In this document: positions 1 to 11,976 of the stretch, piece after piece | Numbering within the stretch: the stretch's first letter is position 1 | Layout of the letters: each line of letters opens with the position of its first letter | Assembly (NCBI GenBank): GCA_000004985.1 | Contig: GG738889.1 | Direction: 5' to 3' (one strand) | Length of the DNA stretch: 64,000 nucleotides | Source: Naegleria gruberi | Taxonomy: Eukaryota | Notes under the pieces: generated by a model | Database searches by the model: none | Seen by the model: the letters and a program-made list of their open reading frames with translations, nothing else | Told to the model about the DNA's origin: nothing | Program-made: the position numbers and the translations under genes

Positions 1-2034
1 TAGTTTTTTGCTTTAAAACATTCTTTGTGTTTGTATCAAACTCATCTGAAATTATGGCAATATCTACATAAACCTTCTTCTTCTTGTCTATGTCTCGAGT
101 GATTTGATATGCCATCCTACTATAGGAGTCGAGATAATTCTCTAATTCCTTCTTAGTTTCCCCAAATAATTCTGTACGTCCTGTAATGTCATGAATATGG
201 ATAATTTCAATTCTATCTAACCACTTCTTCAACTCTTTAGAATCACTACTATCTTTCAATACAACCTTATTATCTCTTTCAGAGTAATCAGTTGGATTCA
301 AAAGCTCTGGATGACATTTTCTAATAAGCTTAATCTTAATAGATGGTGAATCACCTCTCTTGGCAATCTTCTTTTCTAACTTGGCTTTAGCTTTTTCAGA
401 TGGACAATGACAGTAGAGTGCAATCTCGTTCTCAATTTGGTTGTTATGCTTATCCTTTTGAGGTTTGATTTGGTACTTGTAATTATGTTTAAGGATAGTT
501 TCGATAGATTCCTTTTCATGGAGTTTATAAACACCAATAAAACAGTAGATATGCTTAGATAATTTTTCCATATCATCTTCACTTAGGGATGCTACGTGAC
601 AAACATTGGCAGAATCAAAGAAGCAAAGAGAGTTGTACTTAGATGCCTTCTTTTGAATCTCTCTTCTTCTTTCTTCCTTCATTTCACAATAACATTCTCT
701 AAAGAAAACCTTTTTAAGAAGATCTCTCACTTGTTGTTCAACCTTTTCAAAAGTTACCTTCTTAAATTCAAGAATTAATCTATCACCTTGATTATCAAAA
801 GTATAGGTTACTTTCAAATCTTTCATGATTGTATCCAAATCAGATGATAATAACTCTTGAAGAACAATTATTTCGATAGGTTTTAACAATAAAGGAGTAG
901 TCTTCTTCTTTTCCTTCTTTTTAGATTTTTGTGGTTTGTTCTTATTTGATGTAGTTACACCACTACCATTTGCAGTTGAACTATTGTTACTACTGGTATC
1001 AGTAACAGTATTACTATTTGTATCATTAGCTGTTGCAGTTGGTGGAGGTTGAATAATATCTTGGTTATTTACTTCAAATCTAAATTGTGAAGTGTTACTA
1101 GAGTTTGGATCTTGGAATTGATTAAAGTTTTCACCAACAGATTGATGTAAACTTCCTTCAAAAGATGCCGTAGTAGATCGAGGTGTACTATAACTAGTAG
1201 TGCTGGTACTAGCAGCTGGATATTGGTTATCACTATTTACATAATATTGATAATTACTGTTGTTATAATGTAATGGAGGTTGAGAAACAGCAGTTTGATT
1301 ACCATTGTTGATAACATTAGTTAGATTATTTAGATTATAGCTATTATTTGGATAATTGAACGGTTGATATTGCCTCGATGGTTGATTTCCCAAAATTGGT
1401 CCCATATTTGTTGTTAGTGGTTGTTTGTTTTGATAGTCACCACCAAAACTGCTTCCAAACATAGGAGCGCTATTGTTCAAGAAAAAATTATTTCCAAAAT
1501 TATGATCTAGAGGTTGTTGTGGTGGTTGGTTAGAAACATTTTGATAATAATTATTTCCATATGACTGATTATCCGTATATTGATCGTTAAAGTCAATTTG
1601 ATAGCTCAATGATTGATCTAGTAAATGATCGTTATTCCTATATTTTTTAGTATTGTTGTTGTTATACGGTTGAAAACTAGAGTAGTGATAACCTGGTTGT
1701 TGGTTATTCATAGAACCGTTAGAAACCACACCATTACTACCATTGTGAAAGTTTGGAAACTGATTATTCATTGAATAGTAGTTAGATAGTGGTACGCTAG
1801 ATGTTTCGTTAAAGTTACCGTTTTGTTGTTTATCTATAGGTTTGTTGATGTTGTTAGTAACGCTAACGTTAGTATTATTCATAAAAGAATTTAACGGATT
1901 TTTGTTGTTGCTCAAACTCTTTAGAACGTTACTATGAATACCGGTAAAACCATTGTTGTTATTGTTAGTAATACCGTTTAAACTAGATGTATTGGTATTT
2001 ATAAACCCACTAGGTATATTAGTATTATTCATTA
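1..2034 (-). CDS. Partial gene (3' end runs off window start): Asn/Gln-rich low-complexity protein (~400-aa N/Q/S/T tract) with a conserved C-terminal globular region; function unassigned
   Basis: Continuous minus-strand reading frame from the ATG at ~2034-2032 (A-rich Kozak context) to position 1 with no stop. This ORF is missing from the six-frame track because it is open-ended. The listed 376..582(-) and 596..778(+) ORFs are wrong-frame artefacts inside it. The C-terminal part (...CYCEMKEERRREIQKK...HIHDITGRTELFGETKKELENYL...) is non-repetitive and looks like a folded domain. Confidence 0.55.
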
Positions 2035-2687
2035 TTTCGCTTTCTTTTTTAGAGGACAAAATTTGTTGTTGTGATGATAGTACAATATAGTACAATATTC
2101 CTCTAGAGACTATAACACTACCCGAATAATAATATCAAGTATTAGACTATTATTACCAGTAGTGATGTTGTTGTTGTTGTTGAACAAACTCTGTAAAATA
2201 GATTTAATACAAAACCAAGCCAAAAACACGCGTAATTATTTTTCTCTTCAATACTTTATCAACCGCAGAGTTTTGAAAATTTTTTTCTTCAGGTTATTTT
2301 TAGTTGGTGGTCGTTAAGATTTTCTAAAGACCCAATCAGATTCTTGTGAGGTTCTTTTCTTTTGTTAAGGAAATTGGGTTGCAACGAGATTGTAAACTTT
2401 TTGTAAAGCTCAATTTCATTTTGTGCAAAGGGCTATTTAGATTTATCGAAAAAGAGTTCTTTCCTATCATTCCATCTTTTTTGTTGAGATACCCTTTTGA
2501 TCTGCTATCATCAGTAATCAAACCAAATAAAACCAACGGTTTTTTGGATCTGTGAGCTATGTTATCTTGTAAATCATCAATTTTTTATTAATGAAGCAAT
2601 ATTGCTTATTATGCATTTCCTACAACAAACTTGCTTGTTCTTCATTGTTCCTCAGCTGAAGTCTTTTCCTCTAAAAAGAAGAAAAAA

Positions 2688-5600
2688 ATGCTTTGTGCTA
2701 ACAACTCCACGGAAGTGGAGGAAACATCTGTGAAGAGAAAGCGAGAGGAGGATTTTGTTGGTCATAACAAGAATGAATCAGCGGAAGAACATTTATCGAC
2801 TACGTCATCATCATTCAATGAAGTTGTAGATGATCAGATTGAACCTCAAGTTAAAAAAATCAAGACTGAATTAGAGTTGAAGGCTGGACTTGTAGATGAA
2901 GATCTTTTTCCCAAGAGTGGTTCTAAATTATATACTGATGATGATGAGACTCGTATTGAAGATATTTGGCATGTTAAATATGTTAGAAAAATAATACTAG
3001 ATGTTCTAGATGCTGATTTGACTAATTGGCAGGATAGTGAAGGAAAACATTTGTTAGATGAATTGATTGAAAGAAGAGAGGAAATTGAGAGCATTTCATT
3101 GTTTTTAGCCGAGAGTATGATTAAAAAGGTTACGATTCATGATACAAAATATATTAAAGAGATGATTAGCAATTTAAACATTCCCGATATGGTAAAGACA
3201 TTAGAAGAAGAATTAACAGAGGATTATCCTCGTGGTTCTAACACATTGAAATATTGGCTCAAATACATATTACCTGAAATTGTTAAAAAACAAAATGAAC
3301 TCAATCTAATAGAATCAAATGAGGAAAGTGAAAAACTAAGTCCGGAGGAAGAGAAGGAGAAGGATGAAATACTGAACTCGATGCAATATGATGAAAAGGA
3401 AGAAGACGGTTATGCTTTCTTACTTGACTCTTGTAATCTTTCTGTACCAAGCGAAATCAAAACTATGATTGATAATGAAGAGGAAAAATGTGAAGAAATA
3501 GAGGAAACTAGTGATGATTATATTATTGACAACTTATTCAATGAATATATATTCAATAAGACACTCCCTGATGAAAGAGGAGAACATAGTTATAACATTA
3601 GCCCTTTCAAAGGTATTCTAACAGAGGATGCTGCTTCTCTTCAAGAAGATAATCCGTTCCTTTCTATTTTAGAGAAAACAATTAGAATGTCCACTAATAA
3701 TGAATACAAAGAAGAACATCAAGATTTACTGGTATCGCCAATGAGACTGGGACTTTCATTATTAATTTTGGATTGCTTAAATAGAGAGCTTTCTCTTGCC
3801 TTTAATAGACGTTATTATTTGTACTTTACTGGAAGGCCAATAGTAAGGGCTGTTCTTGATCATTTAATTGATTTTGATCCAAACAAAGTTTACTTCAAGC
3901 AACCACCGGGTTTGGTGGAGATGAATGGAAGAGTATTTTCAGAATCTCTCGAAAGCCGAATAACTGAGGAACATATCAGACAAGTGAAAAATGTGTTCGA
4001 TATTTCAAAACCAATATTTAATAATGATGATTATGGCTTTGAGATTGATGAAAGTGATACAGAAAGTGAATCCAGTGATGAAGTAATAGATGAAACTGAT
4101 GATGACTTCGAAAATAGTACTTTATTCTCTGAATATGGAGAGCATGCCAGAGATGACTTTAAGAAGCCTCGGTATGAAAACTTTCAATATGGTCCTTGTG
4201 GAGGTAATATCAACGTTAGATTTACTCGGTCAGAACATCCATTTTGGAGTTCTTTTCCTCTTTCTCAGAAAAACCTTGTAATGTTGAATAATTATCAACT
4301 GAACTCATATTGTCCTGTTCCTTTAACAATTGAATCATCCAGTGATTGGCTATATACTGAAGAAAAATTAGATGGGGAAGAGGAAATTCAAGTACCTCTT
4401 CACCAGCAAAAGATTGTTTCTCTATTCCCGAACGAACTTGATGAAGAAAATGGCAACATGACCATTCCAGCTGTCGACCATCTTATTCATGTTTTTAGTG
4501 ATGCAAGACATCAGCCTCCAACCCAAAACTCAATACACATTGATATCAATAGACTTTTCAGAAGGGCTGGTAACATGTCTTTCAGCAGCGGAGCTCTCGT
4601 AGAAGGTTTTCTTTCTTTGAAATCATTCATCTCAAGAATAATTGAAACATTGATGGTGATCAAGAGAGATGATTTGGTAACCAAGCTAGACATTGTAGAT
4701 GCACTAAATATTTGCAATTATACACATTATCCTGATTTGAAAATTTCACAGCCATCAGAGCAGAAGTATATTCCTATTGGAGAACTCAAATTCACTACAG
4801 AACCAATGGTTACCCCTGAAAATTTTGAAGATGTACAAGTTGAGGGACTTGAAGTTTTTTTAAGTAGAACGGACCCAAATGGAAATGAAATGAGTGAGGA
4901 CGAAACCATTACTATGAATGCAGATTACGATTACGTTGTGAATAACAGTACTTTTGCTGATCATATCACGCTTTTCCTCAATGATCCAAATCTTTACAAT
5001 GACAGCTTCATTGAGCTTAATGGGCATAGAGTGCACATATACACACCAATAATCAAACACCGATGTCCTAAAATGTATGAGGAACACTTTTCAACTCCTG
5101 AAAAGAGAAATCAAGGTTTTATACTTAACAATGAAAATGATTTCACTTTTGATATGGTATTCCATTGGATTGAAAGTTATTATTTGGGTTCATTCCAACC
5201 AATGAACGACAATAATAGAGATACAGAAAATTTTTATTTGTTACTTAGAAGTTATGAAATTAAGTATAACGCTGTTTATAAGGGAGATTATTCCTCAGAT
5301 GATCCAGAAGACTTAAAGGATGGAGAAGAATATGAATTGGACGGGCTAGATCCTTCGAATACATGTTTTACTCTTCATAGCTTGTACAACGATGAAGAAA
5401 CCAAGGATTTTCAATTATCATTTGTTGATCATACAACAATGGAAAAGAAGACAAGAAAAGTTCACAAATATATTTTAGCATGCCGTTCACCATTTTTCAG
5501 ACAAATTTTCGAAGGAAATTACACAGACAGAGTCACGGACAATTTTGATATTGGAGACATATTTAAGGATGAGAAATCTGTTGATGCATTTATTTATTAC

Positions 5601-6272
5601 CTTTATCATAACTTTATTGTTATTCCAACCCTTAATCCTAATGAGTTTGAACCAAGAAATATGGGATATTTCGACCTGAAAGACATTCTTTCAGAAAAAG
5701 ACACATCAACGAAACAAGATTCGGCTAATCTCTGCGCAGAAGAAAATGAAATTAACCTCTATCTTTCATTATTCATTTCATCTGACTATTTAATGGTTGA
5801 CGGTTTGAAAAACCTTTGTGAAAATGTTATTGGATCTCTTGTTGATGAAGAGAATTTTGCCCAATTATTAGAGTTTTCCAACGAGCAAAGTTCTGAAACT
5901 ATCTTTTCTTTTGTTGACAATTTCCTTCTTTCCTCATCATTGGTATTGGAAAATCCTCAAATTATTAATCAAGATATTTCCCTTTATTATACTTATCTTT
6001 CTGGACCTATTACTTTGGAAAATGTCGCTGAGAGAATTAGACTCACTCTAGAGTTGGTAGATAAGTCTGAGAGTCAACTTTACAGATTCCACAAGGAACG
6101 TCTTGAAGAATTCCATATCCCACAACTGGTATCATTTATCTTGAAGAATTATGATTTCTTTTCACAACAAGAGTACTTTTACCAACCATTCAACGAAATC
6201 AAATATTCTGAATATCAAAGCGTTTGGGAACATGTCTCTGCAAAATATTGGGAAATGAATCCACGTTATTAA
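2688..6272 (+). CDS. Large (1194 aa) BTB/POZ-domain protein with an acidic N-terminal region; intronless
   Basis: Single long ORF. The track start at 2631 is a TTG; the first ATG is at 2688 in an aaaaaaATG context. BTB-like segment ...HKYILACRSPFFRQIFEGNYTDRV... lies in the C-terminal third. Confidence 0.6.
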   Translation: MLCANNSTEVEETSVKRKREEDFVGHNKNESAEEHLSTTSSSFNEVVDDQIEPQVKKIKTELELKAGLVDEDLFPKSGSKLYTDDDETRIEDIWHVKYVRKIILDVLDADLTNWQDSEGKHLLDELIERREEIESISLFLAESMIKKVTIHDTKYIKEMISNLNIPDMVKTLEEELTEDYPRGSNTLKYWLKYILPEIVKKQNELNLIESNEESEKLSPEEEKEKDEILNSMQYDEKEEDGYAFLLDSCNLSVPSEIKTMIDNEEEKCEEIEETSDDYIIDNLFNEYIFNKTLPDERGEHSYNISPFKGILTEDAASLQEDNPFLSILEKTIRMSTNNEYKEEHQDLLVSPMRLGLSLLILDCLNRELSLAFNRRYYLYFTGRPIVRAVLDHLIDFDPNKVYFKQPPGLVEMNGRVFSESLESRITEEHIRQVKNVFDISKPIFNNDDYGFEIDESDTESESSDEVIDETDDDFENSTLFSEYGEHARDDFKKPRYENFQYGPCGGNINVRFTRSEHPFWSSFPLSQKNLVMLNNYQLNSYCPVPLTIESSSDWLYTEEKLDGEEEIQVPLHQQKIVSLFPNELDEENGNMTIPAVDHLIHVFSDARHQPPTQNSIHIDINRLFRRAGNMSFSSGALVEGFLSLKSFISRIIETLMVIKRDDLVTKLDIVDALNICNYTHYPDLKISQPSEQKYIPIGELKFTTEPMVTPENFEDVQVEGLEVFLSRTDPNGNEMSEDETITMNADYDYVVNNSTFADHITLFLNDPNLYNDSFIELNGHRVHIYTPIIKHRCPKMYEEHFSTPEKRNQGFILNNENDFTFDMVFHWIESYYLGSFQPMNDNNRDTENFYLLLRSYEIKYNAVYKGDYSSDDPEDLKDGEEYELDGLDPSNTCFTLHSLYNDEETKDFQLSFVDHTTMEKKTRKVHKYILACRSPFFRQIFEGNYTDRVTDNFDIGDIFKDEKSVDAFIYYLYHNFIVIPTLNPNEFEPRNMGYFDLKDILSEKDTSTKQDSANLCAEENEINLYLSLFISSDYLMVDGLKNLCENVIGSLVDEENFAQLLEFSNEQSSETIFSFVDNFLLSSSLVLENPQIINQDISLYYTYLSGPITLENVAERIRLTLELVDKSESQLYRFHKERLEEFHIPQLVSFILKNYDFFSQQEYFYQPFNEIKYSEYQSVWEHVSAKYWEMNPRY

Positions 6273-6285
6273 TAAAAATAGTTTA

Positions 6286-8208
6286 TTACATTTCACAATG
6301 ATTAAGCAACAAGTTTGGTGTATTGAGATAATGTACTTCAGATCCATCCATAAAATCACATTTCCAAATTAGAAACTCTTTAAGATTTGGTGTATTCAAA
6401 AAGGCTCGAATGTGTAACCAAAACACTTCAAAAATATGGATGTATTCTATTGAATTGTGCCGTATCGAACTTATAGTGATAGAATTAATATGTTGGGATC
6501 TTCCAATCTCAAATATCTTGAGATTTGGCAGACTTGCTAACACTAAATCTTCAATTTTTGAGTTAGTCAACTTGAGCACAGTTACCGATCTGAATAGAGG
6601 TATTTCTTTCATCTTTGGAATAATGAGTTGATCCAAAAATATCGAAATATTGTTATTGATAGTTGAATCAAACTCTATTTCGTTTGAATAACCAGCAATT
6701 TCCACCAATTTCGTACAATTTTTAAATCCAACTCCTTTTTGACCTTTTAATTTCATCTTGGTTAGAAAATGTGAATTATTCCCTTCCAAATAATCAAAGT
6801 CTAAATCATTCAAATATGTATATTCACCATCATCATATTCACATATAATTTCATCGACTTTTGAAATCTTATTGTAAAGTAACTTCTTATTGATTTTTTC
6901 CTTGTAAAGAACGAGATTGTAATTTAATAATCGTATTTTCCCAACTTCCAACTTTATATCATTGATAATTACTTGTTCAAGGGAATGTATTTCCAAATAG
7001 TCGATTCTTCTAATTGTTGACTGCATTGAGCATGAGGAAAAAATGGTACACTTCTCAATGGTATCCGAAACTACACTTATAGATCTACTTCTAGAAATGA
7101 ATAGATATTTGATATTTCTTAATTGAATTAGAACGTTGAATTCTACGATGAGGGTTATATTTTTTAGACTTGGCCAATTATCCTCTATAATTGATAATTC
7201 GTCACATGTTATATTTCTTCCCTTAACATGAATATCGGTTATTAAATGACAGGGTAAGTTATAGAGAAATGAAAAATCTCCAGACTCCACATCTATAGAA
7301 AGTGATTTCAGTGAAGGTAGTTGTAAATTATTGGCTTTCAAATCTACAACTTTTTCAAGATTAAGTTCAGTAAGATTAGGAAAATTAATATCTGAAAGAT
7401 CTAGTGTTGGCTTTCTGATTGTAAGAGATTGTAACGTGTTACAACAAGTGCAATCCTTCAACTGTACTTGTACATTTGGAATGAATATATTAGATGCTGT
7501 TAAAATCAAGTCCAATTCCTCTTGGCTTTCAACATAACACTTATCCAAAACTCTATAAAAGAACACTTTTGGATTTAATCTTTTCGAATCCAATATTGGG
7601 AAATTTTGACCTGTTGTTAAATATTCCAAAGTTGGGAAATGATCCATTGCAAAATCTGAGAATTTAGCATTTGGTATTTCCAAATATTTCAAATGTGGAA
7701 ATGTTGAAGAATTATTCATAAACATATTCCCCTCTCCCAATACATAGAGCCCAGTGAGATTGGGGAAATCCCTCACAAGTCTCTCTTGAAGCCAACCAAA
7801 CTCCTCACCATCAAATCGAATACTATTATCAAATCGAATTTTCCTCACCAATTCTTGTGCAAAACCATCACCAACCAGAATATTTAGAAAATCCACAAAT
7901 TTCTCATAGCACTTTCTTGCAATTTTAATTTCACTTCCATCATTTACTATCAGATCCTTCGCACTACTGGGATTAATATAAGCTTTCCATTGAGAAATAA
8001 ACCTATTCGGTGAATTGATTCGATAAAAATCATGAGTAAAGTTAAAGGTAAAATTACTCCACAATATAAAATTCTGACCATGAAAGAGTGATCGGAATGT
8101 AGAGCAGGTATGAATGAGTGAAATGATGGTCCTGATAGATTCGTTCATCATTAGATAGGAGAAGATTTCGTTGAGTATTTCATCAGGTAGGGAATCGAGA
8201 GAAAACAT
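6286..8208 (-). CDS. F-box + leucine-rich-repeat protein (~640 aa), intronless
   Basis: F-box-like N-terminus (LPDEILNEIFSYL) followed by many LxxLxL leucine-rich repeats. The track start at 8226 is a TTG; the true ATG is at 8208-8206 (aaaaaaATG). Confidence 0.65.
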   Translation of the reverse strand: MFSLDSLPDEILNEIFSYLMMNESIRTIISLIHTCSTFRSLFHGQNFILWSNFTFNFTHDFYRINSPNRFISQWKAYINPSSAKDLIVNDGSEIKIARKCYEKFVDFLNILVGDGFAQELVRKIRFDNSIRFDGEEFGWLQERLVRDFPNLTGLYVLGEGNMFMNNSSTFPHLKYLEIPNAKFSDFAMDHFPTLEYLTTGQNFPILDSKRLNPKVFFYRVLDKCYVESQEELDLILTASNIFIPNVQVQLKDCTCCNTLQSLTIRKPTLDLSDINFPNLTELNLEKVVDLKANNLQLPSLKSLSIDVESGDFSFLYNLPCHLITDIHVKGRNITCDELSIIEDNWPSLKNITLIVEFNVLIQLRNIKYLFISRSRSISVVSDTIEKCTIFSSCSMQSTIRRIDYLEIHSLEQVIINDIKLEVGKIRLLNYNLVLYKEKINKKLLYNKISKVDEIICEYDDGEYTYLNDLDFDYLEGNNSHFLTKMKLKGQKGVGFKNCTKLVEIAGYSNEIEFDSTINNNISIFLDQLIIPKMKEIPLFRSVTVLKLTNSKIEDLVLASLPNLKIFEIGRSQHINSITISSIRHNSIEYIHIFEVFWLHIRAFLNTPNLKEFLIWKCDFMDGSEVHYLNTPNLLLNHCEM

Positions 8209-8368
8209 TTTTTTGTAATATTGCAAATGTTTGACCGGTCAAGTGGTATTTGTGTAAATCTGTGTGAGTCATCTCTTTTTGGATATATTTAATGATGTGT
8301 ACTATAATAGTAGTATGTACATTAGTTTATTTACATGTTAGATTATCAAATACGTATGTTAGAATGAA

Positions 8369-8819
8369 TTAAATCATTTGCTTGTAATACTTTTCCAAAT
8401 CCTTGAACGTTTCATTGATATCATCGGTTGACAAGGCTACAAGAAATATTTCATGGTTAGCACAATTATTAATTAGAATAATATATTCATTATCAAATTT
8501 ATCACCATCACCTTTATAATGACAAGGAGAGCGAAAACTTACCTTCCTGCATAGCCTTTTCCTTCTCCTCTTGTAATTGTTGTTTGAAAGTTCTCAACAC
8601 AGATGAATCTCTCTCATAGGTTTCATTCATCCACTTTTTCAAGGCTCCAATTTGTTGCTCACACATTTCCATTCTCTTGTACATTTTGGCATCTGATTGA
8701 AGGATGAGATTTGCATATTGATCGTCTTTCCGAGTGATTTCCATGTCTTGTTCAGCCATTAGCCTTGAATATTCTTGCCAGCTTTGAGAGAGTTCTTCTA
8801 GGTGGTGATGATTGACCAT
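8369..8819 (-). CDS. Small coiled-coil protein (~114 aa), 2 exons: complement(join(8369..8436,8543..8819))
   Basis: Exon 1 ends at a GTAAGT donor. The 106-nt intron carries a CTAAC branch motif ~20 nt upstream of the TAG acceptor. Exon 2 is in phase and adds ...ALSTDDINETFKDLEKYYKQMI*. Heptad-rich sequence; no family assigned. Confidence 0.45.
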
Positions 8820-8893
8820 TTTTTTTTAGATTTTGATATTAAGGCTTTGAAATGCAAAATACAATATTGAACAACTGAAAAGCAAAATCAACT

Positions 8894-8966
8894 CTCCCCC
8901 TGGTGGGCTCGAACCACCGACCTGCAGATTAACAGTCTGACGCTCTACCGACTGAGCTAAGGGGGA
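8894..8966 (-). tRNA. tRNA-Asn (anticodon GTT), 73 nt
   Basis: Cloverleaf read from reverse complement: acceptor TCCCCCT/AGGGGGA, D-arm GCTC-AGTCGGTA-GAGC, anticodon loop CTGTTAA, T-arm GGTGG-TTCGAGC-CCACC. One T-C mismatch at the top of the anticodon stem. Confidence 0.85.
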
Positions 8967-9372
8967 TTACGTCATCTTTGTAAATTTAAAATTAATGAAG
9001 CTGATTACTCATTATTGAGTTAAAACCAGGAGATGCTTTTGTACCAGTATCCTTCCATCAAACAACTCTTATCTAAAATCTTCAATATAAATTTCTTCAG
9101 GTGTAAAATCTATCGGGCCAAACAGACATTATTGGGACTCGTGTTCATCATGCTCAAAATAACATCATAATAACGACAAGATGCTAAGTTTATTCAGAAC
9201 ACAAAACTTCATGGCAAGGTAATAATAATTTGTGTTAATTATTTTTTTAAAGACGTCAGCTTGTGTGGTTTTTAGCTGTGCTAGTCTGGTGACACAACTT
9301 TCATTGTAAAAAATCAAGTACCTACTCAACTACTCGCAGCGTTAAAAATTCTTTGAAAAAAAACATCGCAAA

Positions 9373-9672
9373 ATGTCTGACGCCCTCACATACGCTACTC
9401 TTTTGTTGGTTGATGCTCAAAAGGATATCACCTCATCAAACATCCTCGCTGTCACCAAGGCTGCTGGTTTGGATGTCAACAAGGCTTCCGCTGAAATTTT
9501 CGCCAAATATGCTACTCCAGCTATGATTGAAGGTTTGATCACCAAGTTGACTGCTGTCGGTGGTGGTGTTGCTTCATCTGCTCCAGTTGCTTCTGCCGCT
9601 GCTGTTGTTGAAGAAAAGAAGGAAGAACCAGAAGAAGAAGAAGAAGAAATGGGCTTCGGTGGTCTCTTCTAA
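9373..9672 (+). CDS. 60S acidic ribosomal stalk protein P1 (99 aa)
   Basis: N-terminal stalk helices (...SYATLLLVDA...IFAKY...), Ala/Gly-rich hinge, acidic EEEEE tail and the conserved MGFGGLF C-terminus. Strongly biased, yeast-like codon usage. Confidence 0.85.
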   Translation: MSDALTYATLLLVDAQKDITSSNILAVTKAAGLDVNKASAEIFAKYATPAMIEGLITKLTAVGGGVASSAPVASAAAVVEEKKEEPEEEEEEMGFGGLF

Positions 9673-9966
9673 ATCTACTCTATCCTAAAATAAAAAAAAA
9701 TATAAATATATAATTTATTCTTTTATTTGCTGATGAAGATGAATTATTTGATATAGTAAGCTTAGGAAGATTTGCATATTTCCTCTGACTTCAATAGAAC
9801 TTTGCAAGATCGTTATTGTTACCCTTGCCTTTTCCTACAAAATTCAAGCAAAAACTCAACGAAAGGTTTGCAGTCATAACAAAGCAATGTTGATTTCGAC
9901 TCGATTTTCTGGTTTATAATCATAATAGGTTTGTTATAATACCAATATTAAAATTCATCCACGTAA

Positions 9967-10055
9967 GGCGGCTTAGCACAGTGGTAGTGCATCAGTCTTG
10001 TAGGCAGAAATGCTGAGATAACTGAGGGTCGAGGGTTCAATTCCCTCAGTCGCCT
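9967..10055 (+). tRNA. Intron-containing tRNA, anticodon TGT (Thr); 17-nt intron after position 37; followed by a T-run
   Basis: Acceptor GGCGGCT/AGTCGCC, D-arm GCAC-AGTGGTA-GTGC, anticodon stem TCAGT/ACTGA with loop CTTGTA|A interrupted by GGCAGAAATGCTGAGAT, T-arm GAGGG-TTCAATT-CCCTC. A downstream TTTTT acts as a Pol III terminator. Confidence 0.7.
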
Positions 10056-10515
10056 TTTTATTATTATTATTGGTTTCAATAAATGCTGAATGCTGTAACT
10101 GATTAATTTCTGAGAATATTTATTATTCTGATGAAAACTTGATAAGAAAATATATTAAGGTTGCCATAGTATCTGAGATTAGGTCACTCGATTCTCCGAA
10201 AAAATTTTACTCATTCAAATTCCATCCTAGCAAGCCTGAAAACGAGGTGTGCAACGATGTGATAACGAAAAAACGATTTTAGAACCCTTAGAGAGGCTTA
10301 TAAAAGTCACATTGGAGAAGAGCGCTACCAGAAACTACTTTCTCAAACAACAAGAGACAATGGAATACATGGCCATGATTGAAAATTTTGCAAACATGCA
10401 TAAGAAAGCTTATTGAATGAAGATATTGTTTAAGGCAAACTCGTTCACTAATTCACTAACTTTCGAATTGATTCAATAAGACGTTTTTTTAATATATTTA
10501 TCTAAATAATTTATT

Positions 10516-11976
10516 TTAAATTTCCATTTCATCGGCCATAATATCTTGGTCAGTATAGGTTTCGTCATCCTTCTTGACTGTAAAGTTTGGAGCGACTCTA
10601 CATCTCTCCATTTTAGTTCCAGCCTCAATAACAGATCCAGAGCTAATCACACAATCCTTCAAATGAACCTTATCTTCAATAATTACGTTACCCATAATGA
10701 CTGAATTATCAATTAAAACTCCACTTCCAAGACTACAATTCTTTCCAATATTACTCTTCTTGATGGTTGGTTTGGATACCTTCTTAGTGACAGATAATCC
10801 TTCTCCAATAACACAATCAGGTCCTAACAAAACAAGATCAGCTGGTGGTGTGACATGTGTACTTTGAACCATTTCACTATAAAAATCAATATTATTCTTT
10901 CTTGCAAGCTAAAATTATTGTGAAATAATTACAATAAATTATTCAAAATAACTTACCTCTCTATTGACATGTAAATAAGAAGAAACATCGTTACATCTCT
11001 TACAAAAAACTCCTTGTCTTGTTGGGGTCTTTGCGGCTGTGGTGGTGGTAGTTGGTTTATCTTCGTGTGGAGGAACAACATGGGCAAAAACTCGAATCAC
11101 ATCACTGAGTTCAGATTCAGATGTACTCATTCTATAAGCTTCTGATAATGGGAATGGCGTAACAACAGTGGAGAGGACAGGATCTAACTTATCGGAAGAA
11201 ACTTTTTGTGAGTCAATCAAGAATGGAACCAAATCAGACTTGATAGAGTGAATATCAGGTTTTTGAACCAATAAATCAATGACCCACTTTGAAAAGATGT
11301 ATAAATGTGAATCTTTGAGGAATTTGGAAATTGAAAAGTTTGACCATCTCTTCAAGAATGAGCGTGGAATTGATAAATGTTCTTCGGAACCATCATCTGC
11401 ATCATCCGAGTCAATAATTCTATTCATAATTACACGTGATGGCTTCTTTGATAATAAATCTCTTCTCTTCTTTGTTGGTTCACCAACAATTTCTCTCTTA
11501 TAATTTGTCAATGCAAAATAATCGGATTTATCCTCTTTAGAATTAATATTTGATTCATCCTTCAAAAGGAGAGTAAGTGATGAATTATGTTGTCTATGAA
11601 TATCATAAACATTAACCAAAGGAACATCAGTAAATGTATCAACACTCATCACAACAAAATTTGTATAAATAGAATCATGAATTTGTCGTAAAGCTTCAGC
11701 ACTTTCGCAATCCTTGTTGTCCAAAGTTTTAATATCAATTTTTAATTTCCCTGGATATTCCTCGATGGCTTGTTCAATAATCTTTTGTTGTCCAGCTTTA
11801 ACAACAACAATAACATCCTTCAATCCATTCCTCTCCAAATAAGACAATGAATAGTGAATCATTGGATGATTAGCAATCGGCAGTGTTGCCTTTGGTGAGT
11901 GGTCTGAAGCGAGAGGATACAGTCTCAATCCATCTCCTCCAGCCAACAATACGGCTTGCAATTCGGTTTGCATCAT
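10516..11976 (-). CDS. Translation initiation factor eIF2B gamma subunit (~470 aa): complement(join(10516..10908,10957..11976))
   Basis: N-terminal nucleotidyltransferase-like domain (LQAVLLAGGDGLRLYPL...PKATLPIANHPMIHYSL) aligns with EIF2B3/GCD1. C-terminal left-handed beta-helix hexapeptide repeats end in ...DEMEI, as in EIF2B3. A 48-nt GTAAGT...TTTTAG intron joins the two track ORFs in frame. Confidence 0.8.

Noticed and set aside
376-778. Track ORFs 376..582(-) and 596..778(+)
   Set aside because: Both lie inside the minus-strand N-rich gene (1..2034) in the wrong frames. They have low-complexity translations with no start context.
2846-5087. Short antisense or alternate-frame ORFs inside the BTB gene (2846..3094, 4090..4281, 4511..5087)
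   Set aside because: Embedded in a long, well-supported coding frame. Typical AT-rich random ORFs.
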